This document shows, piece by piece, positions 30,532-40,679 of a DNA stretch of 64,000 nt; position 1 is the first letter of the stretch; the number at the start of each line of letters is the position of its first letter. The position numbers and the translations under genes were made by a program. Source of the DNA: Bdellovibrionota bacterium. Lineage in GTDB: Bacteria > Bdellovibrionota_C > UBA2361 > JBIKUX01. The notes beneath the pieces are model-generated. The model had not been told where the DNA came from. It saw nothing but the letters and a program-made list of their open reading frames with translations, and made no database searches. The stretch is from contig JBIKUX010000002.1 of assembly GCA_044347345.1 (NCBI GenBank), positions 32,001 through 96,000 on the forward strand. Direction: 5' to 3'.

Positions 30532-32625
30532 TTAACCAAAATTTACTGTTACCTGCCCAGTAATGTTAATAACAGACCTCCAACTAGTATAAACTACAGC
30601 AATACCGTACTCTGGAAGACCGGCTAGTGCAAAAATAAGCCTCTCCTGTTGCTTAGGAGATAAATCACTTAAAAAATGATCGCATACTAAAAAACTTCTA
30701 ATGCGGGTGATTTGTTTTCCCAGCCTCCGTACACGGCGACTATTAGTCGAGGCAACTTTAGTACTCCTAGAAGAGGAATCAAATGATGCGCATAGGTGCA
30801 ATCGGTTCGGCAATGCACGAGCAATTATTGCTAACCGCTGAAGTACCGGATCTACTGTAATTAATTTAGAGCACAATGTTATCTTGCGAGCATTAAGAAG
30901 GTCATCTTCTATACTAAGAATCTCAGTATAATTATCATCTAACTTATCCTTACCGTGAATAGCTCGAAAAAATAGTTTTAATATTGGATCAAGCTCGGTA
31001 AATGAATGCGCTAGAGTAACAAATTCCCAGAGGGAAATCTGTTTCCCAATCAAGTTTTCATACAAAGTAGAGTCATAAACTCTTATGGTTACTAAAGAAT
31101 TTTCAAGGCCGCTAAAAGCACCGAAAGTTTCATCTCTTACTGCATCTTCCGGCCAATATGATAAATACCGCCCGGGAATACTCAAGGGGGTATAGCGATT
31201 ACTTCTGCCAGACTTTGGACGCTCTTCTTGCCACTTCAATATTCCTTCATCAAAATTTGATTCTCTGGCAAGAGCTTTTGCCAAAAGTGTTTTACCTGAA
31301 CAAGGTGGTCCTACGAGTGCAACTACCCAAACTGAGGAAAATTCTGGCATCACTAAAGTTAACGAGGCTTCATTATCTACTACAAAACCGGAACAATTTA
31401 AGCCTCCTTTTACATTTATTTCACAAAATTTAATTGACTCCCTTTGTTGACAATCAAGTTTTACTAATCGGTTGTTAGCACTAATTTGTAGGAACAGGTT
31501 TGGAACCTTATTGATAAGATGTGGAAAATAATCCGAGCAGAATGGGAGGAATATATCACTTTCTTCTATTTGCAGAGTGTTAAGAATAGCAAATGACCAC
31601 AATAATCGTTCAGTCCATGAGAGTATATCAAATGAAGAAGATAAAAAATGTCTTTTTAGCGCAGGATAAATACTGTTTAAAAATTTGGATTGAGAGGACT
31701 CAGGAAATAATTCTTTAATCCATTTTGTCGCTTCATCAACGGTCATAATCGGAATATGGAAAATATATTTTCCTCCGAGAGTTGGATAATCAGAATTTTG
31801 TTTGACACCAGACCTGATAATTTCCCCGATGCTAGTGCCGAGAGAATCTGTGGGAGGCTTATCAATAAACCAACCTTCTTGAAAATATCCGACGTTTTTT
31901 ACAAAAGACCGACGAACATCAAGTAGAGAAAGTGCAAAAGTTAGATTAGATTGCCCAAATCTCTGCCGCAATGAATCAAGTTGTTTAATATAAGTTTCTG
32001 TAAAAGGAACAGAAAAAGAGGATAAAATTAGCTGTAGCCTCGACGGCAAGTCACTATCTGACTGAAGCTTGTCAAGCCAATTCTCTATTTTAACTATCTC
32101 CCCATCAACAAGAACCCAAAAAGCATTAAATGCTTCGGCAATAAGGGCAATATCTGCATAAGAAGCGATAGCAATCGTTCCAAATTCATGTGCATCTTTA
32201 ACCTGATTCAGAGAATTTGAGCAGATAATTGTGGGCCCAGTAACTATGTATCCCTTAAAATCACCTAAAATTTCGGTTAAATAACCGATGGATCTTCTCC
32301 CGTAAGGAAATTTTCCATAACTGATTCCATGTTCAGCACCGGAACCCGACTCTAATCCCTGAACTAATGCATCAAGACCCGATAAGTGACCTAAACTACC
32401 CTCCGGAAATAAAACCGGGGCATAATTACCAGCTAACGAAATCGGATACTTCTTAGCTGTAAGAATAGATATTTTAGAATCTACCTCAGTTTTATTTGTA
32501 AATATGTTACTGAATTTTCCTATTAGCGCGTCTTTATCACCTAATTTAAGTAAGCTCACAAATAAAAGAATATCTTCCTCACTCAACTTAACATCACTGA
32601 AGTAACGATGAGGTTTGTCTGTCAT
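30532..32625 (-). CDS. Large P-loop protein, probably a second very diverged UvrA-derived protein
   Basis: Walker A GPPCSGKT in the second half; Walker-B-like LVCDHFLSDL; faint UvrA-like blocks (WVLVDGEIVKI, LGGKYIFHIPIMTVDEATKWI). The ORF is clearly real; the family call is weak. Confidence 0.45.
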   Translation of the reverse strand: MTDKPHRYFSDVKLSEEDILLFVSLLKLGDKDALIGKFSNIFTNKTEVDSKISILTAKKYPISLAGNYAPVLFPEGSLGHLSGLDALVQGLESGSGAEHGISYGKFPYGRRSIGYLTEILGDFKGYIVTGPTIICSNSLNQVKDAHEFGTIAIASYADIALIAEAFNAFWVLVDGEIVKIENWLDKLQSDSDLPSRLQLILSSFSVPFTETYIKQLDSLRQRFGQSNLTFALSLLDVRRSFVKNVGYFQEGWFIDKPPTDSLGTSIGEIIRSGVKQNSDYPTLGGKYIFHIPIMTVDEATKWIKELFPESSQSKFLNSIYPALKRHFLSSSFDILSWTERLLWSFAILNTLQIEESDIFLPFCSDYFPHLINKVPNLFLQISANNRLVKLDCQQRESIKFCEINVKGGLNCSGFVVDNEASLTLVMPEFSSVWVVALVGPPCSGKTLLAKALARESNFDEGILKWQEERPKSGRSNRYTPLSIPGRYLSYWPEDAVRDETFGAFSGLENSLVTIRVYDSTLYENLIGKQISLWEFVTLAHSFTELDPILKLFFRAIHGKDKLDDNYTEILSIEDDLLNARKITLCSKLITVDPVLQRLAIIARALPNRLHLCASFDSSSRSTKVASTNSRRVRRLGKQITRIRSFLVCDHFLSDLSPKQQERLIFALAGLPEYGIAVVYTSWRSVINITGQVTVNFG

Positions 32626-32688
32626 TAACTTTCAAAGTCCTCTAGTATATATTTAAACGTCTTTATAAATAATCAGATGCAACTTTAA

Positions 32689-33978
32689 ATGTTAAATAGA
32701 AAACTGTTGCTCTATTCACCAAGGTCTATTCTGTTGCTTACCATCGCAGTAGGAGCAGGAGCAATTTTCTACTCAAAGCAAGACCTAATTATATCAACAA
32801 TTATTTTAAGTTTTGCTGGCATTACAGCCATAACGGGAATTATCACGGTGATTTATGGAATTTACCTAAGAAAAAAACAACCATTTCAAACCAATATCTC
32901 AGGCACAAACTTCAGTACGAATGAACAAGTATCCCTTAACTTAGTTCTTCCAAATGTAAAGCTCCTGCCTGGTTACATGATTATAGCTAATTTAGCTTTT
33001 TCGGAAAACATTATTTCAATATTACCCGTAAAAGCTAAGCTTAAAAATAATTCATTAAAATGGGAGATAGTAATCTCTTTGCCACACAGAGGAGAATGGA
33101 AGGTAACTAGTTGCTCAATTTTTTTAAGAGATTTTCTTGGTTTGACAAATTTTAAAATTACTAAAGATACAAATTTGTTTCCTATAATAAATGTATTTCC
33201 ACAACCAAAAACTAATCAAACTATCCCTTGTTTATTTGAAGGGATTCAACGCGGAGACGATATATCTTATCAAGGCACAAGAAATGGTGATTATTTCGAC
33301 TTAAAAGCCTACCAACCCTCTGATGGGATTAAACGGATTGTATGGCGTGCTTATGCTCGCTCAGGTCAACTTATGAGCCGGATACCTGAGCCTACGATAC
33401 AAATCACTGGCAGATTACACTTATTTATTTATGCCCTACGGCCCGATGATGACGTGGTAGCAGCAGTTATTAAATATTTAAGCGATGTAGAACCTTTCGG
33501 TACAAGTTGGATTGCAACTTGTTTAGGTGCAGGCGGACGATATACATCAGACAACATAGAGGAAATACTAAATTTATGCCTTACTTCAACATGGAATAGT
33601 GAATCAGCCAAACCGGAGCAAGAGCTTAAATCATTCGTAGACAATTTATATCAAGAGAGTGTAGTTGGATCTACGATTGTTATAGCGATTCAAGATACTC
33701 GCTTAATTGAAAAAAGTTTTCAAAAAATTATCAACAATTTTGGCGACTTTCTTCAAAGCAAAGGTATTACGCCTAAACTACTCATAGCAGAAACTCAAAA
33801 AAATAGTTCTCTACAAAATGGCAATCTACAATCAGGTAATTTTAAAAGCTTCTCTTGGCTTGTTAAGCCATTTTGGAATTTTAATCATTCTAACTCATCA
33901 AGTGCTTTAAGTAAGACATCTCTTGAAACTTGCTTAAAGCCTTATGTTGAAAAAGGCTGGCATATTGCAAATGTATAG
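32689..33978 (+). CDS. DUF58-domain membrane-anchored protein
   Basis: Two N-terminal TM helices, HRGEW, RDFLGL, GDYFDLKAYQPSDGIKRIVWRAYARSGQLMSR. Confidence 0.88.
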   Translation: MLNRKLLLYSPRSILLLTIAVGAGAIFYSKQDLIISTIILSFAGITAITGIITVIYGIYLRKKQPFQTNISGTNFSTNEQVSLNLVLPNVKLLPGYMIIANLAFSENIISILPVKAKLKNNSLKWEIVISLPHRGEWKVTSCSIFLRDFLGLTNFKITKDTNLFPIINVFPQPKTNQTIPCLFEGIQRGDDISYQGTRNGDYFDLKAYQPSDGIKRIVWRAYARSGQLMSRIPEPTIQITGRLHLFIYALRPDDDVVAAVIKYLSDVEPFGTSWIATCLGAGGRYTSDNIEEILNLCLTSTWNSESAKPEQELKSFVDNLYQESVVGSTIVIAIQDTRLIEKSFQKIINNFGDFLQSKGITPKLLIAETQKNSSLQNGNLQSGNFKSFSWLVKPFWNFNHSNSSSALSKTSLETCLKPYVEKGWHIANV

Positions 33979-36259
33979 TAGATCGTTCTCAACTGTTCTT
34001 CTCTTTGCACGTTCTCTTATATGGATAAGTTCTATCCTAACTCTTACTCACTTTTTTGGTATATCAGTAAATACTACCCTTTTGTTTGTAGGAGTAGTAT
34101 GCAGCGTTCTTATTGGAGATTATTTAGGAAATTTACCGCTAACTACTTTAGGAGGCATTACTCTTTACGGATTAGCCATTGTAGGAATTTGGATTACATC
34201 TGCACTTTTGGCTCAAATACCTCTTCCATCTAACGTAGATCTCCTCCAATTAGCGATATTTTTGGACTTAATCAAGGCACCAATCTTAATATGCACTATA
34301 GCTTCTTTTAATACATGGATTTTAAAACGATGGGAAGGAATTGCAATCATTGAAATAGTGAGCTTTATTGTAGCTATTGCTTATGCTTTATCTAGCCATC
34401 AACAATTAAATCTTGACAGACCTAAACTCGCAATAGCTTTAGCTTGGCAGCTTAATATAAACGCTGCCGAATTTTTTATACTTACTGGTGGAATTTTACT
34501 GATTATCACTCTGCTACATATAGCTATTTGCAGTAGTTTTCATCAAATAAATAAGTTTAATAACTTTAAATATAAAAATTATAGTTCTATATCAAAAGAT
34601 GGTTTATTATTTAGTGGCTCAAAATTAAATTATTCACCTCTATTCACTAAAGAATGGTGGCAGGCTTTTTGTAGGCAATTTATTGCAGTCATTGTTTTAG
34701 CACTGATAACTATCCTGATAAGTTTTTCTTTCTATCAAACTCTTCCTCTTAAATCTGGTGGTCAATTAACAAACGGAGTTGGTAGCGGTAAAGCTGAAGA
34801 GGGGAAAAGCCCGCTTGGTTTTCATTCTGCTCTAGGAGCTACTAAAGAGCCAGCTGCAATCGTTAGACTAGACTCAGATTACTCAAGCTCCCCTTTTTCT
34901 CCGATGCTATATATCCGCGAAAGTGCGCTATCCCAAATTGGAGGGCGTGAGATGGTCGTAGCAAACGAACGTTTTGATACTGATATTCCCAAAACTTCCG
35001 TTAATCTGCCTTTTGAACGTGCCCCAAATACAAATCTAATAGACAGAATAAAAGTAGACCATTCCATCTTTCTGTTATCTTCTCAAGATAATCCATTTGC
35101 CATAGATTACCCCATTCAAATATCGCCAATAATAAACCCTAGTCCTAATCGTTTCGTTGGAGCTTATCGCGCACAATCGCTAGCGCCCACTTATAACTTC
35201 AAAACTTTAAGCAATACGCCTGTGGGTGACCCTCTCTGGAATGCTGAAGAGCGAAGCCATTATACTGCTCCTCATCCTGACCCTCGTTATGCAGAAAAGG
35301 CAAAGAATATAGTGGGTTCTCTTTTTCTCCCCATAGATCAAGCCAGAGCAATAGTTAACTATCTGTCAAAGCATGCTACATACACCCTTCAACCAAACCA
35401 TGATGTTCAAGATAAGGATGACCCTGTGCTTCCGTTTTTGTTCGGCGACCTCCGTGGCTATTGCGTTCATTTTGCCCATGCAACGGTATATATGCTCAGA
35501 AGTCTTGGTATCCCCTCTCGAATCGCCACGGGATTTATGACTGATTTAAGTCAATCTAAAGATGGTCATATATTACTTAGAATGAGCGACCGACACGCCT
35601 GGGCAGAGATTTATATTCAGCGCATAGGATGGGTTCCATTTGATACTCAACCAGAACAAGTTGAAAGCCATGCCGATACCCAAGTCGATAGTAAAATACT
35701 GGATGAATTAATGGGACTTTTGGAACCTTCAAATGATATCTTACCGTCACAAGATAATGAATCAGAGAAGAAAAAAAACCTGTTAAATTTTACTTTAAAA
35801 GATATCTTTAAATACGGTGTAACCTTTTTCAGTACTCTTTTATCTTTAGTCATCGTAACTAAAATTATGCTCTGGTATGGATGGCGAATTTTTATAAATT
35901 CGGAACGAAAAGCTAAATGGATGTACTATGCACTACTAGCACGCTATTTAGACTCAGGATTAATTCGCAACTGGGGAGAAACTAGATTAGAGTTTACGCA
36001 AAGAATAACGGCCACAATCAAAGAAAGATTCAATCAACTACCGCATCTAGATAATAATTGGAAGATAGCAGAAGTTCTATCAACATATGCTAATTATCTA
36101 CACATCAGTCCTTCTGATAGAGCAACTCAATATCAACTCTTAACTAATACTTTTACAAAAGATATGACAGAGTGGCGCAATTTACCGCTATATTTCAGAT
36201 TAGCTGCTATAGTCAGATTACGCTCAGTGGTCGCTTTTTTCACTCACTCAATAGGGTAA
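33944..36259 (+). CDS. Membrane-bound transglutaminase-like protein (likely start ATG 33971)
   Basis: Multi-TM N-terminus; Cys-His-Asp triad GYCVHFAHA, HAWAEIY, FDTQP; LRSLGIPSR. Confidence 0.9.
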   Translation: MLKKAGILQMYSRSFSTVLLFARSLIWISSILTLTHFFGISVNTTLLFVGVVCSVLIGDYLGNLPLTTLGGITLYGLAIVGIWITSALLAQIPLPSNVDLLQLAIFLDLIKAPILICTIASFNTWILKRWEGIAIIEIVSFIVAIAYALSSHQQLNLDRPKLAIALAWQLNINAAEFFILTGGILLIITLLHIAICSSFHQINKFNNFKYKNYSSISKDGLLFSGSKLNYSPLFTKEWWQAFCRQFIAVIVLALITILISFSFYQTLPLKSGGQLTNGVGSGKAEEGKSPLGFHSALGATKEPAAIVRLDSDYSSSPFSPMLYIRESALSQIGGREMVVANERFDTDIPKTSVNLPFERAPNTNLIDRIKVDHSIFLLSSQDNPFAIDYPIQISPIINPSPNRFVGAYRAQSLAPTYNFKTLSNTPVGDPLWNAEERSHYTAPHPDPRYAEKAKNIVGSLFLPIDQARAIVNYLSKHATYTLQPNHDVQDKDDPVLPFLFGDLRGYCVHFAHATVYMLRSLGIPSRIATGFMTDLSQSKDGHILLRMSDRHAWAEIYIQRIGWVPFDTQPEQVESHADTQVDSKILDELMGLLEPSNDILPSQDNESEKKKNLLNFTLKDIFKYGVTFFSTLLSLVIVTKIMLWYGWRIFINSERKAKWMYYALLARYLDSGLIRNWGETRLEFTQRITATIKERFNQLPHLDNNWKIAEVLSTYANYLHISPSDRATQYQLLTNTFTKDMTEWRNLPLYFRLAAIVRLRSVVAFFTHSIG

Positions 36260-36264
36260 CTTAA

Positions 36265-38139
36265 ATGTTACAAAAACTTCTCTGTATCACCTTTAGGTTA
36301 ATATTCGTGTTATACTTTATTACTCCTAACTGGTCATATTCTCAAAGTGCGCAATCTTTAGAAGACAAGCTCAGTACTAACCATATTGATAATTCTGAAC
36401 TTGATAAACTTAGCGCTGACGATCTTGTTGATCGTGGGGCTAAATTGCTCATTGAGCAACGGTCTATTGATGCAAGAACAGTTCTCCTTAAAGCTTTAGA
36501 GAAAAATCCAAAACTTTTTAGGGCGCATATTTTATTATCAAATTATTATTTGGGAAGCGTCGGACATTTTCGACTAGCACAAAGATACATTAATAGAGCA
36601 AAAGAGTTATTTGAAGAAGTTTATGGTCGGCCTCCTTATACGCTTTCATTTCTCAAAGCGATCCATCAAGAAATCTTATATTATATAATTCAGACGGAAC
36701 TGAATTTAGACAATTATCCTGAATCTCTAAAGGTGGTTGAGCAGTTTGAAAATGAAGGATACTTTGCTGAATGGCTCCATTCAACAAAAGCATGGATCCT
36801 TATGAAAATGGGGAAATTAGCTGAAGCTGAATCTGTCGCTAGAGAGGGGATATTTCTTTTTGGTCAATCGGGAAGATCACTAAATATTTTGGCGATTCTC
36901 CTCAGCATGCAAGGAGAAACAAACGAAGCTCTTAAAATCTTTAAACAAGCCGTTGAGATAGAGCTAAGTCTAGGAGGTTCCGGACAACCAGCTACGCCAC
37001 TAAATAATAGCGGTGAAGTATACAAGGAACTTTTCGAAGATAGACGAGCTGAAGCCGCCTGGATTCAGTCGAAAAGTTTACCCGATGGGTGTGAACATGT
37101 ACTTCCAAGCTTAAATCTTGCTCTCTTACGAATAGACCATCTTAATTTAAGTGGTGCCAAAGATAGTATCGAAACCTTCCTACACTGTTTTGAGCAATTT
37201 CCGATGCGAAATGGTGAGGAGCATCATGCTCTTATTGCATTAGCTCGAGGACGACTCGCTCTTCACTCTGGTAAACCATTCTTGGCTATATCCTTATTTA
37301 ACGAAGCACTAGAAAGAGTTCAGTGGTTTGGTAAAATTGGAACCAGCGCCGAAGACCTTTACGCTGGAGCTCTAACATCACTCGGTCTTGCGTACGAATT
37401 TGCTAACAATCATCTTAGTTACTCTCCCACATCGGGGATTTTTGAGGCAGTCATTAATAGGTATAAAATTATCAAAAATAAAGTCGCCGCATGGTGGGCA
37501 CATCGACAAGCCAGAATTATTCTAATAAAGCAACTAAATTCTTTTGAAGATCTTAAAATTAGAAATACTGATAGTCTGCTTGAATATCCCACTCTCGGAA
37601 GCCTTCTAGGAACGCTCCCTGGTTCACTAGCTGTTCGCCGTTTAAATCAACAAATAACTCAGGATCCTCGAGTAAAAGCGCACGCATACTACAAAGCATA
37701 TATAGCTGAAGCTTCAAGCAGAAAAAATCAAAGCTTAATATACAAGCAAGCGCTTTCTTCACTTCGTCCTCATGAAGACAGGCTTTTATGGATACACATT
37801 AATGCCCGACTTCTGAAGTTAAATTTACAGTCAAATAAAAAAGTAAATGAAGCACTCCACAAACTATTTAGAGTTTCCCCGAGCGCTATCCGCAATTATG
37901 GACTATTCATTCCGGTATTTGCCAGAAATTCATTAAGCGATCTAGCTAAAGCATTTGCTGGAACTCCGATTCTTATTCAAAAAGACCCTACTCAAGATTT
38001 ATCAATAGAGGCAACATTCTCCGAAAACGGAAAGGTGACTTTTATCTTTTATTCGTCATCACAAGCAAAAATTTCGGCAACAGGCGAGGATATAAATTCA
38101 GCTGCAAAGCTACTTTTACAAAAAGTATTCGTGCTATAA
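36265..38139 (+). CDS. Exported tetratricopeptide-repeat protein
   Basis: Signal-peptide-like N-terminus and repeated TPR helices (ALEKNPKLFRAHILL, LNNSGEVY). Confidence 0.75.
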   Translation: MLQKLLCITFRLIFVLYFITPNWSYSQSAQSLEDKLSTNHIDNSELDKLSADDLVDRGAKLLIEQRSIDARTVLLKALEKNPKLFRAHILLSNYYLGSVGHFRLAQRYINRAKELFEEVYGRPPYTLSFLKAIHQEILYYIIQTELNLDNYPESLKVVEQFENEGYFAEWLHSTKAWILMKMGKLAEAESVAREGIFLFGQSGRSLNILAILLSMQGETNEALKIFKQAVEIELSLGGSGQPATPLNNSGEVYKELFEDRRAEAAWIQSKSLPDGCEHVLPSLNLALLRIDHLNLSGAKDSIETFLHCFEQFPMRNGEEHHALIALARGRLALHSGKPFLAISLFNEALERVQWFGKIGTSAEDLYAGALTSLGLAYEFANNHLSYSPTSGIFEAVINRYKIIKNKVAAWWAHRQARIILIKQLNSFEDLKIRNTDSLLEYPTLGSLLGTLPGSLAVRRLNQQITQDPRVKAHAYYKAYIAEASSRKNQSLIYKQALSSLRPHEDRLLWIHINARLLKLNLQSNKKVNEALHKLFRVSPSAIRNYGLFIPVFARNSLSDLAKAFAGTPILIQKDPTQDLSIEATFSENGKVTFIFYSSSQAKISATGEDINSAAKLLLQKVFVL

Positions 38140-38163
38140 AAATACACAATAAGGGATAGTAAC

Positions 38164-39189
38164 ATGACTTTTCAGACGATGGTGGCAGATTTACCGAGTA
38201 ATCCGACTGATCAAAGAATACTTTCGGTTCCAAAACGGTTATCAACCGGAATGGCTCAGATTATTCGCGGACGTGAAGACACAATCAACTTAGTCATTAC
38301 AGCTTTACTCGCTGACGGCCACGTATTAATTGAAGATCTTCCTGGATCAGGTAAAACGACCTTAGCAAAAACCCTTGGATTGCTCATTGACTATGAATTC
38401 GAAGGCAACAACAAAAAGCAATTGAGCACTTTTCGTCGAATCCAATTTACCCCGGACATGCTTCCTAGTGATGTTCTTGGCGTAACGGTCTTCGAAACAT
38501 CAACCAACTCATTTAGATTTATTGAGGGTCCAATTTTTGCTCACTTAGTACTTGCTGACGAGCTCAATCGTACTAGCCCTAAGGTCCAAGCTGCCTTTCT
38601 TGAATGCATGGCCGAAAAACAGGTCACAGTAGATAATGTTACTCACTCGCTCGATGAGCTTTTCTTTGTAATAGGCACTCAAAATCCCCTTGATATGGCC
38701 GGCACCTATCCATTACCCGGAGTCCAGCTCGATCGATTTTTATTTCGCATTCCCATGGCATACGTTAATTCAACAATTGAGCTTGAACTACTTCGTGCCA
38801 ATCAGTTACCTTCAGAAAAAATAATGTCCATATCTCCTGTTGTATCTAGGAGTGAAATACTAGCGGCAAGAGCTGAAATCGCCAAAGTTTTTATAGCTCC
38901 TACCATTCAAGAAGCAATGGTATTTTTGGCTGAACAAACAAGAACTCATCAAGACCTCACCGCTGGACTCTCTACCCGTGCTCTTTTGCTATTTCAACGA
39001 GCGCTTCAATCTTGGGCATTTTGTCATGGCCGATTCTTTGTAGAAGAAGATGATGTAAAACAAATTGCTCCGTATATTTTAAGTCATAGACTTAGTGCTC
39101 GAGGAGGCAAAGGAGCACTTAAAGAAATTATCGATAATCTGATTCAAAAAACCATTGAACGTATCATCAAGCCATTAATTAATGGTTGA
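38164..39189 (+). CDS. MoxR-family AAA+ ATPase
   Basis: HVLIEDLPGSGKT, RIQFTPDMLPSD, LADELNRTSPKVQ, TQNP, GTYPLP..QLDRF. Confidence 0.95.
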   Translation: MTFQTMVADLPSNPTDQRILSVPKRLSTGMAQIIRGREDTINLVITALLADGHVLIEDLPGSGKTTLAKTLGLLIDYEFEGNNKKQLSTFRRIQFTPDMLPSDVLGVTVFETSTNSFRFIEGPIFAHLVLADELNRTSPKVQAAFLECMAEKQVTVDNVTHSLDELFFVIGTQNPLDMAGTYPLPGVQLDRFLFRIPMAYVNSTIELELLRANQLPSEKIMSISPVVSRSEILAARAEIAKVFIAPTIQEAMVFLAEQTRTHQDLTAGLSTRALLLFQRALQSWAFCHGRFFVEEDDVKQIAPYILSHRLSARGGKGALKEIIDNLIQKTIERIIKPLING

Positions 39190-39344
39190 TCACTTAACCA
39201 AAGTGACGAGAAAAATGGGCTTTTCTAAAACGTAGTAAACAAGTTCAGTTAAATCACTCATACTTTTTTGTAATCATCCAACTTGGAATAAGCGATTGAA
39301 ATAAACGATAGCAATTAAAGCTAGATATTTTTTACTGACCTGAA

Positions 39345-39746
39345 TTAGATAAATAAGTAGATCAACAAGCTCCATATACTCGCACTTAAAAACAATAATA
39401 TCAGAGCTCGACATAAATTTACTGGGCCCTCTGTCGGCTCAAAACATTTGTCATCAGCGGATATATTTTTAAATTTTGGTGTAAGTTTTGAAAGCTCAGC
39501 TCGCTTCAGCAAGAGTCTATCGTATTTAGCCCGTTTTTTTGGATTTGACAGAACTTTATAAGCAATAAGCGCAGCTGAGAACTCCTCTTTAGCGCGAGCA
39601 GTACTATTTTTATCAGGATGTAAATTAATCGCCTTTTTCCGAAATGAGGATCGAATCTGCTCAAACGTGGCATACCTTTCAACTCCTAGCACCTCGTATA
39701 ATGAATTTTTAAGCGAGGTATCGTCCTGATTATTTGCAGCTAACAC
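39345..39746 (-). CDS. J-domain protein with C-terminal membrane anchor
   Basis: LYEVLGV, HPD motif (LHPDKN), AYKVLSNPKKRAKYD, terminal hydrophobic helix. Confidence 0.88.
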   Translation of the reverse strand: MLAANNQDDTSLKNSLYEVLGVERYATFEQIRSSFRKKAINLHPDKNSTARAKEEFSAALIAYKVLSNPKKRAKYDRLLLKRAELSKLTPKFKNISADDKCFEPTEGPVNLCRALILLFLSASIWSLLIYLFI

Positions 39747-39888
39747 ATCACTCTCATAACTTTAAAATTATTGTCTTTTATTTTTTACCGTTATTCTTGA
39801 AAGTAAAAATGACTGAAATATAAACATAAAGCAGCTCCCTAAAAATACTTATAATGATTTTAACTACTTATTCTCTACAATCAAAACA

Positions 39889-39918
39889 TTGACTTTTTTG
39901 ATTCCTTTCCCATAACGT
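39889..39918 (+). promoter_or_regulatory. Putative sigma-70 promoter for infC
   Basis: TTGACT-N18-TAACGT upstream of the infC leader. Confidence 0.4.
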
Positions 39919-40046
39919 ACCAAATTTGTAGGAGCACAGTAGTTAAGAAAAACTCTTTCAACGCTTGGACTCCCCAGCGTTCAATAGATACAGTATGCTA
40001 CCTAGCGTTCAATAGATGCTCTATGCAATGAACGTAAGTACTAACT

Positions 40047-40664
40047 ATGTATTTTGGAGGAAATTACCCATTGAGTACCTTTAAAAGTGGTGGACCTAAA
40101 AAGCGGGATTGGAAAAAGCCCGTTCAAACACAAGAATCACATCGTATAAATGATCGAATCATAGCTCGCGAAGTTCGTTTAATCGGAGAAAAAGGAGAGC
40201 AACTAGGAGTACTCTCGATTCGCGACGCGCTTGCTGCTGCTGAGGCTGCCGGCATCGATCTTGTTGAAGTGGCTCCTGATGCTAACCCTCCAGTTTGTAA
40301 ACTTCTAGACTTTGGTAAGCTTAAATACAGAGAACAAAAAAAAGAGGCTGAGGCTAGAAAAAAACGAGCTGAAAATACCGTTAAAGAGCTTCGCATTAGA
40401 TATCGAACCGGCGTTGGGGACCTTGAAACAAAGCTTAAACACGCTCGAGAATTTCTCCTTGAAGGAGATAAAGTAAAATTTTCTATGCGGTTTAGAGGTA
40501 GAGAGGAGATGTACGTAGGCTTGGGTAATGAAAAATTTGATCAAATTATTGAACGACTATCTGATATAGCCTCCGTTGACGAAAGAAGTCCCCTTGCAGG
40601 CAAGCAGATATATCTTGTTCTAGCACCAGTTAAGTTAGCCAAACAAAAAACTGCTTCCAAATAA
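40047..40664 (+). CDS. infC: Translation initiation factor IF-3 (more likely start TTG 40071)
   Basis: RINDRIIAREVRLI, DLVEVAPDANPPVCK, GDKVK..FRGRE. GGAGG at 40056-40060 precedes an in-frame TTG. Confidence 0.96.
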   Translation: MYFGGNYPLSTFKSGGPKKRDWKKPVQTQESHRINDRIIAREVRLIGEKGEQLGVLSIRDALAAAEAAGIDLVEVAPDANPPVCKLLDFGKLKYREQKKEAEARKKRAENTVKELRIRYRTGVGDLETKLKHAREFLLEGDKVKFSMRFRGREEMYVGLGNEKFDQIIERLSDIASVDERSPLAGKQIYLVLAPVKLAKQKTASK

Positions 40665-40679
40665 GATTGAAGGGTTAAT

